The notes beneath the pieces were generated by a model that worked only from the letters and a program-made list of their open reading frames with translations, was not told the origin of the DNA and did no database searches. Positions 1 through 8,742 of a DNA stretch of 64,000 bases are shown here, piece after piece; within the stretch, counting starts at the first letter, position 1; each line of letters starts with the position of its first letter. The position numbers were made by a program, and so were the translations under genes. Origin of the DNA: an uncultured Gemmatimonadales bacterium (GTDB taxonomy: Bacteria > Gemmatimonadota > Gemmatimonadetes > Longimicrobiales > RSA9); assembly GCA_963741945.1 (NCBI GenBank), contig CAVUKA010000006.1:1-64000 (forward strand). Reading direction: 5' to 3'.

Positions 1-416
1 TCGTAGGGGTCGGCGACGCGCAACCACAGCTGCCATCCCTCGTGTTCTTGCAGCAGTCGGGCAAGGTCGTCGAACGCCACGAGCCGTCCGTCGATCACCA
101 CACCGCCGTCACCGATATAGCCGCGTGCGGTGCCGTGGCTGAATCCGATGGGCTCTCCCTCACCGGCCAAGTAGCGAATGGAGAGACCCCGCCGGATTGT
201 TGCGCGTAATGCGGCGAGGGCGAGATACGCCGCCGTTCCCGAGTGCGCCGCGAACTCGTAGCCGGCCCCGTCCTTCGTGCTTTCACGAGCTCGGAGGAAG
301 TAGCCGCCCTCGTGCGCGAGGCAGTCGATCCGGAACCGACGTTCCCGGCCGCAGCAATCGTGGAACGCCTCGTCCAACGGGAACTTGAGGTCGTCCCGTC
401 CGTTGGGTCCAGCCAT
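1..416 (-). CDS. Hypothetical protein, integron cassette 4 (second copy of 3226-3651; 3' end runs off the window)
   Basis: 1-584 matches 3236-3818 apart from one extra T near 514-516; ATG at 416 corresponds to 3651. Confidence 0.8.
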   Translation of the reverse strand, partial: MAGPNGRDDLKFPLDEAFHDCCGRERRFRIDCLAHEGGYFLRARESTKDGAGYEFAAHSGTAAYLALAALRATIRRGLSIRYLAGEGEPIGFSHGTARGYIGDGGVVIDGRLVAFDDLARLLQEHEGWQLWLRVADPY

Positions 417-595
417 TGATCACCACCCTCTTCCGGTCCTATGCGAAGCAGGCAGATCGTGAGGGCCGGCACGCCCGGAGATCTGCCCCCCCTCGCCTCA
501 CCCGCCGAGCCGGTTTGATGGTCCGCCTGGGCGCCTGAAGTGCCACGGATCGCTCCCACGGCGGCAGCTCAGTTGCCGACGAACGCGGAGAGCGC

Positions 596-723
596 GCATA
601 ACGCTCCAGAGGTAAGCTGCGAAAAGCGCGACGCGAAACGAAACGAGCGCGAGCGGATCACGGTCCACCAGGACTCAGTCGAGCAACGGGCGCTTTTCGA
701 CAGCTTCACCGGGTCCGTTAGGC
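596..723 (-). mobile_element. attC: attC site (128 bp)
   Basis: Minus strand reads GCCTAAC..GGTGAAGCTG...CAGCTTACC-8bp-GTTATGC, with the extra base in L'' and an inner AAAAGCGC/GCGCTTTT stem; lies downstream of the 771-2213 gene. Confidence 0.92.
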
Positions 724-770
724 AACGGGCCGGAATGCCAGCGGTTACGGAGCCGTGTGAATCCCGCGAC

Positions 771-2213
771 CTATATCGACGCGCTAGTAAGGCCGTCGCA
801 GTGCCGATAGGACCCATGCCATAGCCAGTCTGGCCTGCCGCCAATAAGACAATAAATTAGCCGCTCCGCGAGTGCGTGGACTCGAAACAGGTCCGCGTGG
901 AAGACCCGAATTGCACTCTCCTCGCCGCGGTGAATTAGGGCACTACGCCGAGCGTAGGCCGCGGTGAGCGCGGCCTCAAGGTCCACATTTTCTGGAAAGA
1001 GGTTGTGCCATTCGATCTCTTCGCGCTCAATGAGCTCCACGACCCGCCGGACGAAGGGCCGAAGCCGCAACTCAGAGAGCTTATTCTTTATGTCGCGGCG
1101 AGTGTTCTTGTGGTCAGGCCCCGGTAAGAACGCTTTGATATCACGTTCGAGTATCTTGCGTAGCCCGCGGAACGTGGAATCGTTCAGAGTGTGGACGCGC
1201 TGCTCGTGTCGGGTTACTCCGTCAACGACCGATTCTAGGGCGGTCCACGCGCTCGTCACGGCCGGTGCGATGGTGGTGGTGTCAAACGTGGCGAGGAGGA
1301 AGCTAATCGCGTTATAGATGGATTCACGATACGGGAGTGCAATGAACCTGGAGTACAGCTGATCCAAAGAGGTCGCATCGATCCGGGCAACGTTGATGAT
1401 TGGGTCGTGAGTGCGTGGCCGAAACGTGCTCATGGCGCGTTTGTGAAAGACGGAAGTCTGCAGATATCCGTCGTTTTCGCCGCTGTCGCGCAACGATCCG
1501 ACTGAAATACGCGACCAACGAACTGGTCGTCGACCCAAGAAGCTTAGGAGTTGAAACATCCCCCGCAAATCTGACAGGAGCGAATCAAAGAGTACACGCG
1601 GCTTGGTCGATTTTGACACATCGGGAAGTTCTATGCGGATCTGCGCCTCCGGCACCTCCACAGAACTTGGCACTCCCTGCACTGAGGCAACTTCCCAATG
1701 ATGCCATCGGCTGAGTTCCGCCTGACCCAGTGACGTGGTCCATACGAACGGGGCGCGCCGGCCATCAGCGCGGACCTCACCGGTCCCCTCGCGGAGCAGG
1801 GCGCGCACCTCGGCAACGGCCAGGTCGGTGGGGCTGAGGGCTAGGAGAACCGTTTGGGTGGTAGGGGCAGCGGGCAAGTCCGTTGCGTCAAGTTCGAGCT
1901 CACTGCAGAAGCCTTCGACGCGCCCTGGCATGTAGTGCGTGCGATGGAGGTGTGGGATGTGCAAATGCTCTTGACGCACGGTGTGCCCGATGAACTCGAA
2001 TCCTGCGTCAGTCTCGGCTGCCAGGACCTTCGCGAGCACAGTCCAGTGCTCTCGTGCGATATGGAGGTCCACATCCCAGTCTTTGTCGTGGGCGTACTTC
2101 GGGCGAGCGAGTGCAATGCTAGCGACTGGGACTTCAGCGACAGCGCTGCACAGGATGCCCCAACCGAGGATGTCCTCGACAATTGTGATGTCAGTCGCAG
2201 TTGAGGAGTTCAT
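771..2213 (-). CDS. HEPN-motif (ApeA-like) protein, integron cassette 3
   Basis: 480-aa ORF filling the cassette, visibly lower GC; C-terminal 'WTALES' and 'RRSALIH' (Rx4H HEPN RNase motif). Confidence 0.7.
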   Translation of the reverse strand: MNSSTATDITIVEDILGWGILCSAVAEVPVASIALARPKYAHDKDWDVDLHIAREHWTVLAKVLAAETDAGFEFIGHTVRQEHLHIPHLHRTHYMPGRVEGFCSELELDATDLPAAPTTQTVLLALSPTDLAVAEVRALLREGTGEVRADGRRAPFVWTTSLGQAELSRWHHWEVASVQGVPSSVEVPEAQIRIELPDVSKSTKPRVLFDSLLSDLRGMFQLLSFLGRRPVRWSRISVGSLRDSGENDGYLQTSVFHKRAMSTFRPRTHDPIINVARIDATSLDQLYSRFIALPYRESIYNAISFLLATFDTTTIAPAVTSAWTALESVVDGVTRHEQRVHTLNDSTFRGLRKILERDIKAFLPGPDHKNTRRDIKNKLSELRLRPFVRRVVELIEREEIEWHNLFPENVDLEAALTAAYARRSALIHRGEESAIRVFHADLFRVHALAERLIYCLIGGRPDWLWHGSYRHCDGLTSASI

Positions 2214-2231
2214 ACCGATTCATTGTACGTT

Positions 2232-2351
2232 GCCTAACGCCTCGGAGCTAAGCTGCGGCCCCTCCGCGCGCCGTTCGTCTGCTTCTTCTGTACAGCTCCG
2301 CGCGCACCCACGCCAGCCTCACCTGCCGTCAGCTTCAGCTCTTCGTTATGC
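2232..2351 (-). mobile_element. attC: attC site (120 bp)
   Basis: Plus strand reads GCCTAAC..GCTAAGCTG...CAGCTTCAGC..GTTATGC; R boxes pair correctly with the neighbouring cassette ends. Confidence 0.92.
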
Positions 2352-2356
2352 ACGAC

Positions 2357-2391
2357 TTCCCAAACCTATCGATGGGTTTTAGCTTGCTGCA
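2357..2391 (+). promoter_or_regulatory. Putative leaderless promoter with operator for the TA cassette
   Basis: TTCCCA-17bp-TAGCTT-5bp-ATG; near-perfect palindrome AAACCTATCGATGGGTTT (2362-2379) between the boxes; no SD. Confidence 0.55.
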
Positions 2392-2642
2392 TGGTCAAGA
2401 TCCACGACGACGGCCGCTTCAAGGTCTACGTATACTCTCCCCCGCGAGAGCACGAGCCGCCGCACGTCCACGTGGAATCCGTGAACGGAGGAGAAGTTCT
2501 CGTTCGCTTGGGGTACGACGAGACTCGCCCCTCCCTCTGGCAGAACCACCACATGAGTGCCCCGGACGCGCGGGAGGCCCTCAGGATCGTCAGGCAGCAC
2601 CAGCAGCACTTCCTCGCAGAATGGAGCAGGCTTCATGGGTAA
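2391..2642 (+). CDS. DUF4160 family putative toxin (cassette 2, antisense to array)
   Basis: 83 aa with the 'REHEPPHVHV' signature; overlaps a DUF2442 gene. Confidence 0.85.
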   Translation: MVKIHDDGRFKVYVYSPPREHEPPHVHVESVNGGEVLVRLGYDETRPSLWQNHHMSAPDAREALRIVRQHQQHFLAEWSRLHG

Positions 2643-3093
2643 GTCCACCGGTATCACTGATGCCGAGTTCAACCGACAGAACGAGGAGGCTATTCGAGCG
2701 GCTCGCGAAGCCGATCAGGTAGAGCCTCGAGCTGCGTCTGCGACGTACGATCAGAGCGAGGCCCTCATCCTCGTGCACCTCCGGAACGGCTTCGCTTTCG
2801 GCTTTCCTCCGGAGCGCGTTCCTGGACTCCGGGACGCGACGAAGGAGCAGCTTGCGAACGTGCGGATTTCTCCGAGTGGAGACGGCCTCCATTGGGATGA
2901 AATCGATGTGGAAGCGTCACTCACCGGCCTCGTGACCGATGCCCTGAACCTGCGGGGCTGGGCTCCTCGGATTATGGGCCAGGTTCGAAGTGAAGCGAAG
3001 GCGAGGGCCGCCCGAAAGAACGGCCTCAAAGGCGGCCGCCCCCGCAGCTCCAGCAAGCGCTCCGCCAAATCCAGGCGCGCATCCGGGGAATAG
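2635..3093 (+). CDS. DUF2442 family putative antitoxin
   Basis: 'VRISPSGDGLHWDEIDVEAS' and C-terminal 'SEAKARAARKNGLKGGRPR'; ATG 2635 overlaps the toxin stop. Confidence 0.85.
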   Translation: MGKSTGITDAEFNRQNEEAIRAAREADQVEPRAASATYDQSEALILVHLRNGFAFGFPPERVPGLRDATKEQLANVRISPSGDGLHWDEIDVEASLTGLVTDALNLRGWAPRIMGQVRSEAKARAARKNGLKGGRPRSSSKRSAKSRRASGE

Positions 3094-3129
3094 GTTCCTC
3101 CAGAGGCTCCGCTGTCCGTGCCCAGGTCT

Positions 3130-3194
3130 GCATAACGCACTGAGATAAGCTGCGGGCGCCGCAGGCGACCGTCAGCTTCAGCGCTCCGTTATGC
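3130..3194 (-). mobile_element. attC: attC site (65 bp)
   Basis: Plus strand reads GCATAAC..GATAAGCTG...CAGCTTCAGC..GTTATGC; lies just downstream of gene 3226-3651. Confidence 0.92.
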
Positions 3195-3225
3195 GCTGGG
3201 CGATGATCACGTGCACATGCGGTGG

Positions 3226-3651
3226 TCAGAGATCCTCGTAGGGGTCGGCGACGCGCAACCACAGCTGCCATCCCTCGTGTTCTTGCAGCAGTCGGGCAAG
3301 GTCGTCGAACGCCACGAGCCGTCCGTCGATCACCACACCGCCGTCACCGATATAGCCGCGTGCGGTGCCGTGGCTGAATCCGATGGGCTCTCCCTCACCG
3401 GCCAAGTAGCGAATGGAGAGACCCCGCCGGATTGTTGCGCGTAATGCGGCGAGGGCGAGATACGCCGCCGTTCCCGAGTGCGCCGCGAACTCGTAGCCGG
3501 CCCCGTCCTTCGTGCTTTCACGAGCTCGGAGGAAGTAGCCGCCCTCGTGCGCGAGGCAGTCGATCCGGAACCGACGTTCCCGGCCGCAGCAATCGTGGAA
3601 CGCCTCGTCCAACGGGAACTTGAGGTCGTCCCGTCCGTTGGGTCCAGCCAT
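3226..3651 (-). CDS. Hypothetical protein, integron cassette 1
   Basis: 141-aa ORF with SD-like GAGGGTGG upstream, bounded by the candidate attI and an attC; duplicated at the window start. Confidence 0.8.
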   Translation of the reverse strand: MAGPNGRDDLKFPLDEAFHDCCGRERRFRIDCLAHEGGYFLRARESTKDGAGYEFAAHSGTAAYLALAALRATIRRGLSIRYLAGEGEPIGFSHGTARGYIGDGGVVIDGRLVAFDDLARLLQEHEGWQLWLRVADPYEDL

Positions 3652-3830
3652 TGATCACCACCCTCTTCCGGTCCTATGCGAAGCAGGCAGATCGTGAGGG
3701 CCGGCACGCCCGGAGATCTGCCCCCCCTCGCCTCACCCGCCGAGCCGGTTGATGGTCCGCCTGGGCGCCTGAAGTGCCACGGATCGCTCCCACGGCGGCA
3801 GCTCAGTTGCCGACGAACTCAGAAGCATGC

Positions 3831-3849
3831 GTATAACGCCTTCTATACT
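3831..3849 (-). mobile_element. attI: Candidate attI core
   Basis: Minus strand AGTATAG-AAGGC-GTTATAC: a GTT core box with an imperfect inverted L box and no attC hairpin, at the first cassette boundary next to intI. Confidence 0.55.
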
Positions 3850-3926
3850 GCGCCCAGGATTGGGCCAACGAGTTCCACGCCGCAAGCTTGCTCTCCGCTC
3901 GCTGTGTCGCTGGTGTGTCGTTTCTC

Positions 3927-4026
3927 GCAGCCTAACGACCCTCACGGACTGGGCTCGATGCAGCGAACCGGGCAGCCTAAAGCCTGGCGCGGCGACGGGT
4001 CCTTGCGGCTCCTGGCGCAGCCTAAC
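3927..4026. repeat. Three GCAGCCTAA(C/A) direct repeats with 45-bp period
   Basis: Copies start at 3927, 3972 and 4017; the last overlaps the intI stop codon. Confidence 0.8.
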
Positions 4027-4972
4027 CCATCCGGTCCAGCGGGCTGGTCACGCCGCCCGCGCCGCGGTTGAGGACGTGGGTATAGATCATCGTCGTCTTG
4101 ACGTCCTTGTGGCCGAGGAGTTCCTGGATGGTGCGGATGTCGTAGCGGTCCTCGAGGAGGTGCGTGGCGAAGGAGTGCCGCAGGGTGTGGCAGATCACTC
4201 GCTTCGCGATGCCGGCGCGACGGCCGGCGGCCGAGACGTCGCGCTGGACGGCCCTTTCGTGCAGGTGGTGACGGCGTCGCTGGCCCGTTCCGCGGTCCAC
4301 GTGCTGTCGCGTTGCGGGGAACAGGTACTGCCAGGCGGTATCCCGTCCGGCGTTCGGCATCTTCCGGGCGAGGGCGTCTGGGAGGGCCACCCAGCCGTCG
4401 CCAGCGCGTAGGTCGGCTTCGTGGCGCCTGCGAACCTCCTTCACCTGGCGCCGCAGCTCGGGGTCGATGGCGCGGGGGAGCATGGTGATCCGGTCGTGTC
4501 CGCCCTTGCCGCTGCGGACCACGATCTCGCCCCGCTCCAAGGAAATGTCCTTGAGACGGATGTCGAGGGCTTCCATGAGTCGGAGGCCGGAGCCATAGAG
4601 GAGCTTCGCCACGAGGCGCGTGGTGGCTCGCATTTCGGCGAAGACAGCGGCGACCTCGTCGCGTGAGAGCACGGTGGGCAGGCGGCGACGACGTCCGGGG
4701 CGCGCGATTCCTTCGGGCGCGTCCATCGCCATCCCCGTGAGATAGGTGGCCACGGCGTCGTCGTCGAGCTCCCGCGGGTGGCGCTTGCCATGGAACAGCA
4801 CGTACCGGCGGACCCATGCTGTGTAGGCTTCCGCGGTGCGTTCGCTGAACTGCCTCGCCCGGCAGGCGATGCGGACTTCATCGAGCAGCCTGGGCTTGCG
4901 CGACGTCTCCTGACCGCCTGGTTCGCGGCGAGGGTCGACGGCGGGCGTCGGTGGTTCATCTCGCGGATGCAT
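4022..4972 (-). CDS. intI: Integron integrase (tyrosine recombinase), with an apparent in-frame N-terminal deletion
   Basis: [31 protein letters not shown] and TMIYTHV catalytic motifs; integron-specific insert '[24 protein letters not shown]'. Confidence 0.95.
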   Translation of the reverse strand: MHPRDEPPTPAVDPRREPGGQETSRKPRLLDEVRIACRARQFSERTAEAYTAWVRRYVLFHGKRHPRELDDDAVATYLTGMAMDAPEGIARPGRRRRLPTVLSRDEVAAVFAEMRATTRLVAKLLYGSGLRLMEALDIRLKDISLERGEIVVRSGKGGHDRITMLPRAIDPELRRQVKEVRRRHEADLRAGDGWVALPDALARKMPNAGRDTAWQYLFPATRQHVDRGTGQRRRHHLHERAVQRDVSAAGRRAGIAKRVICHTLRHSFATHLLEDRYDIRTIQELLGHKDVKTTMIYTHVLNRGAGGVTSPLDRMG

Positions 4973-5069
4973 GGCCCCTCCCCGTCCCCGATTTCGACGA
5001 GCCGGGTGTTCCGGCCCAGCATGCAGAGTGGGCCTCGGCGCGGGGCAGGTCTATGGCCGGACGGGCTCA

Positions 5070-5286
5070 GCGCGCTGAAGCTCTGGAGGACGCGGTCGGG
5101 GTAGCGGGCGCCGTCGAAGGAGAGCTGGCGCCCGATGCGGCCGTCGTCGGTCAGGTCGTCGACGTTGCGGGTGATGGCGTCCCGGGCCTTCGCCTCGTCC
5201 AGCTTCGGGAAGTCCTTGGTGAAGCTGTCGATGACCCGATCCAGGTTCTGCTTCGTCATGTGCTGGACGGCGCCGTCTACGCGCAT
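5070..5286 (-). pseudogene. Gene remnant of unknown family
   Basis: About 70 codons with strong coding bias (VDGAVQHMTKQNLDRVIDSFTKDFPKLD...), then degenerates. Confidence 0.35.
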
Positions 5287-5546
5287 GAGCCGGCTCCGGC
5301 GCTGTGCTGTTCAGATGGCGCCACCGGCAGGGGGGCCGGCGGGTGCATGGGAGGCGCGCGTGCGTCCCGCGTGCGATCGGCCGGCGAGCGGCGGGGAGCC
5401 GCGGGGGGTTCAGGGGCCGGCCGGATCGGACGGTTGCATGTTGGGATGGGACGGCGGCCGGGTCAAGGGCGCGGATGCCGGCAATCCCGCTACGGGAGCG
5501 CTGACCGGGCTCAGCGGCAGGAACAATTTCGGTTGTCGGGCTGCCC

Positions 5547-6176
5547 TCACTGACGCACGTATCGCAAGTGCGTGGCGTCTGGACCATCGACAGTCTCGGC
5601 AATGCGAAACTGCGGCCGTGGCTCGTTGAGGTTTTCAAAGAGTCGCCGTCCGCCGCCAAAGAACACGGGAGCCAGGGCAATTTCCAGCTCGTCAACCGCA
5701 CCGAGGTTCAGGTACTGCTGAATCACGTCCGCTCCTCCTGAGATCCGGACATCGAGCTTCCCTGCCGCCTCCCTTGCCAGCGTCAGCGCCTGCTCCGGCC
5801 CTTCATTGACGAAGTAGAACGTGGTTCCGCCAGGACGCACCCAGGGGTCCCGCTTCTCGTGGGTGAGAACGTAAACGGGCGTGTGAAACGGAGCTTCCTC
5901 CGGCCAGCTGACCTCGCCCTGGTCGAACATGCGCTTGCCCATGACGTTCGCACCGGTGCGCTCGAAGGTGTGGCGAACCATGTCGTTGACCGGGCCGGTC
6001 TCTCCCCCCGGGCCGAACTCGAGCTTCTCGCGCATGTACCGTTGCTTGAGCAGCCAGGCCATGAGCGCACCCCATTTTTCGCCCCAGTTCCTGTACCCGG
6101 GATCCGCCATGGTCATTCCTTCCGGTGCCATGTAGCCATCGAGGCTGAGCGCGATGTTGACGAATACTTTGCTCAT
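5547..6176 (-). CDS. Dihydrofolate reductase / RibD C-terminal family protein
   Basis: 'IALSLDGY', 'VMGKRMF', 'ISGGADVIQQYL..GAVDELEIALAPVFFGGGRRLF'. Confidence 0.9.
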   Translation of the reverse strand: MSKVFVNIALSLDGYMAPEGMTMADPGYRNWGEKWGALMAWLLKQRYMREKLEFGPGGETGPVNDMVRHTFERTGANVMGKRMFDQGEVSWPEEAPFHTPVYVLTHEKRDPWVRPGGTTFYFVNEGPEQALTLAREAAGKLDVRISGGADVIQQYLNLGAVDELEIALAPVFFGGGRRLFENLNEPRPQFRIAETVDGPDATHLRYVRQ

Positions 6177-6201
6177 GATTTTCGGCTGGGTTCGGATAGC
6201 G

Positions 6202-6267
6202 GCCTGACGCACTGGGATTCACCTGCGGCGCGCGAACCGGGGTGACAGGTGCAACGCCTCGTTACCC
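6202..6267 (-). mobile_element. Degenerate attC-like site
   Basis: Minus strand GGGTAAC-GAGGC-GTTGCACCTG...CAGGTGAAT-8bp-GTCAGGC, located between two co-oriented genes. Confidence 0.6.
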
Positions 6268-6846
6268 AGCGCGGTTGCACTCCGTCCAGGCCCGCACATT
6301 ACATGGGTTTCAAGTTCTTGTTGAGCCTGTCTACAATTTTCTCGAAATCCCGTTGTCGGGCGTCTTCGGTCTTGAATGAAAAGTACCTCCTGGTGTATGT
6401 GAGTCGAACAGACGGTGTCATGTTATTGAAGTTCTCGTATGCCGGTGTCATGCCGGCCAACTTTTCTGCCAACGCTTCGACCTGACCCTCGGCAATCGGC
6501 TCACGTTTCGGAGCGTCCCACATGCCGTTTCGTTTTGCCGCTTCCACTGCTCGTTCGCCTGAATCGGTCATCAACCCGTTTTCCCGCAGCGTTTCCACCT
6601 TCTTCTTGTTTCTCTCGGACCAGGGGCTCCTGGGGCGGCGCTGGGCGAAGTACTTGGCATATCTCGTGTCATCGATGCTTCTCATCTGTCCATCTATCCA
6701 CCCGAAACAAAGAGCTTCTTCCAGGGCGTCATTTGCCGACAGTGTGGCTATCGCTCTTGTCTTGCCGAATACCAGCCACACTCCGTCGGTTGTCTCCGCG
6801 TTTTCGCGCAGCCACGTGCGAAAGTCGTCGCGCGAAGCGAACAGCA

Positions 6847-8333
6847 CGCTGTGTAAGCTGTTTTCTGTAGAAGTGGGTTGAAGGGGGTCGGTCGAGGCGG
6901 TTGCAGAGACGGGCCCCGACCCCTTCGGTTGAGTGAAATCGCAAAAAATCACTTGACTGAGGAGGGAATCGTGACCCGTCAGGACCAATCTCAGGATGTG
7001 ACGGAGTGGATGCAAGCGGTGCTGGAGTCGGACCGGGATCTGCTGGCGGAGATTCTCCGGGCGGGTGTCCAGGCGCTGATGGAGTCGGAGCGGGACGTGT
7101 ACGTGGGCGCGGCGCCGTTCGAGCGGGGTGAGGCGCGGAGAGCGCAGCGGAATGGCTATAAGCCGCGGACGCAGCGGACGCGGGTGGGGGTGCTGGAGCT
7201 TCGGGTGCCGCAGACGCGGGATGGGGGCTTCTACCCGTCGGTGCTGGAGCGGTACCAGCGGAGCGAGGGCGCGCTGATCAGCGCGCTGGCGCAGTGCTAC
7301 GTGCAGGGCGTGTCGACGCGGAAGGTGGCTGCGATCTGCGAGGAGCTGTTCGGAGAGGGTCTGAGCCACGAGACGGTGAGCCGGTACGCGCAGGAGCTGG
7401 ATGCGGAGCTCGAGCCGTGGCGGACGCGAGAGCTGGCGGAGGCCTTCCCGTACCTGGTCCTGGATGCGCGCTATGAGAAGGTGCGGGTGGACCACCGGAT
7501 CGTGGACGTCGCGGTGCTGGTGGCGATCGGGGTGAGCGAGACCGGACATCGGCACGTGCTGGGCGTGGACGTGGCCATGGGCGAGACCACCGCGACCTGG
7601 TCGGACTTCCTGGCCGGGTTGCAGGAGCGGGGCTTGAGGGGGGTGGAGCTCGTGGTGGCGGATGCCCATCCGGGCCTGGCCGAGGCTCGGCGGCGTCATC
7701 TGCCGGGCGTGCCGTGGCAGCGGTGCCAGCGGCACTTCCTGATGAACGCGCTGGAGAAGGCTCCGAAGGCGCTCGAGGACGAGCTCCACACGCGGTTGCG
7801 CCGGGTCTGGGACGACAGCGAGGATCACGAGGCGGCCCGGGCGGCGCTGGGGGATCTCGCGGCCGAGCTGGCTCCGGAGCATCCGGACCTGGCCGAGTGG
7901 CTCGAGGTCATGGGGGAGGAGACCTTGAGCTGCTTCCACTTCCCGGAGAAGCACCGCCGGCGCATCCGGACCACGAACGGGAACGAGCGGGTGAACCAGG
8001 AGCTGCTGCGCCGGACCCGGGTCGTGCGGATCTTCCCGAACCTCGAGAGCCTGCGGCGGCTCGTGACCGCGCTCTTGAAGGAGTGGCACGAGGACTGGGT
8101 GACCGGGCGGCGCTACCTGCGAATGGAACCGTTGGCGGAACAGAGGAAGGAGAGGTCGGCGGAGGCTCTCGAGTCGGCCGCCTGAGCTGTGCGGCGGATG
8201 CAGGATATCGGTGGAAGTCAACGTGGCCTCCCGCGCCTTCGGCGCTCCGGCCCTCGACCCCACCAGGGCGAGAATGAGGGATCACACAACCGAAGGGCTC
8301 AGGCCACTTCTACAGAAAAAAGTTGACAGCACT
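6847..8333 (+). mobile_element. IS256-family insertion sequence (1487 bp)
   Basis: Imperfect 30-bp terminal IRs sharing TTTTCTGTAGAAGTGG; 8-bp TSD GAACAGCA at 6839-6846 and 8334-8341. Confidence 0.93.
6971..8185 (+). CDS. IS256 family transposase
   Basis: RNGYKPR, 'VQGVSTRKV', 'LDARYEKVR', 'WQRCQRHF', 'IRTTNGNERVNQELLRRT'; GGAGG SD before GTG 6971. Confidence 0.95.
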   Translation: MTRQDQSQDVTEWMQAVLESDRDLLAEILRAGVQALMESERDVYVGAAPFERGEARRAQRNGYKPRTQRTRVGVLELRVPQTRDGGFYPSVLERYQRSEGALISALAQCYVQGVSTRKVAAICEELFGEGLSHETVSRYAQELDAELEPWRTRELAEAFPYLVLDARYEKVRVDHRIVDVAVLVAIGVSETGHRHVLGVDVAMGETTATWSDFLAGLQERGLRGVELVVADAHPGLAEARRRHLPGVPWQRCQRHFLMNALEKAPKALEDELHTRLRRVWDDSEDHEAARAALGDLAAELAPEHPDLAEWLEVMGEETLSCFHFPEKHRRRIRTTNGNERVNQELLRRTRVVRIFPNLESLRRLVTALLKEWHEDWVTGRRYLRMEPLAEQRKERSAEALESAA

Positions 8334-8630
8334 GAACAGCAATTCAGGAACGTTTGCTCTCATGACAAGGAATCCTCGATGTCGAACGTACGGATGAGGC
8401 AGGATGATACCGCCCCTTCATGGCTGTCCGCAGGACGGTTCCGCGGCCGAACTTCCGCCCGCCTGGCTCAACGGCTCGAGGCTCTGGCGTAGAACTCCGA
8501 GCTGGAGAGCTCCTCGGCATGTTGGTCGTGTCGTGTGGAGTCCGCAACGCCGTTCGCGCCGGATAATGCGTTCCATGCTGCGCCCACGGTTCAGCCACGC
8601 GCCCGGGGTCGGGACGCGGGAACGGGCGGC

Positions 8631-8684
8631 CGGCGGTCGGTTGAACGACGCACGGCAGATCGTGCCGAACGTCGTACAGTCGCC
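8631..8684. repeat. Dispersed intergenic repeat, copy A
   Basis: CGGCGGTCGGTTGAACGACGCACGGCAGATCGTGCCG...GTACAGT matches the copies at 11696-11798. Confidence 0.6.
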
Positions 8685-8742
8685 ACGCGGGCGGGGGCGT
8701 GGCGCGTGCGCGCGGGTCACGGGGTTGAAACGTGCTGGGCGG

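Larger units (their letters stand above)
6299..8363 (-). pseudogene. YdeI/OmpD-associated family gene interrupted by IS256 (pieces 8342-8363 and 6299-6846)
   Basis: Removing the IS and one TSD restores MRANVPELLFASRDDFRTWL...EEALCFGWIDG. Confidence 0.85.

Noticed and set aside
3927-4026. 45-bp periodic repeats as a mini-CRISPR
   Set aside because: The repeat is only 10 bp and resembles an IntI binding box
5547-6176. Trimethoprim-resistance dfr cassette
   Set aside because: The sequence is the longer RibD-C/DHFR-like family, not recognisably DfrA or DfrB
6299-8263. 654-aa minus-strand ORF
   Set aside because: Antisense shadow of the IS256 transposase running by chance into the 3' part of the interrupted ydeI gene
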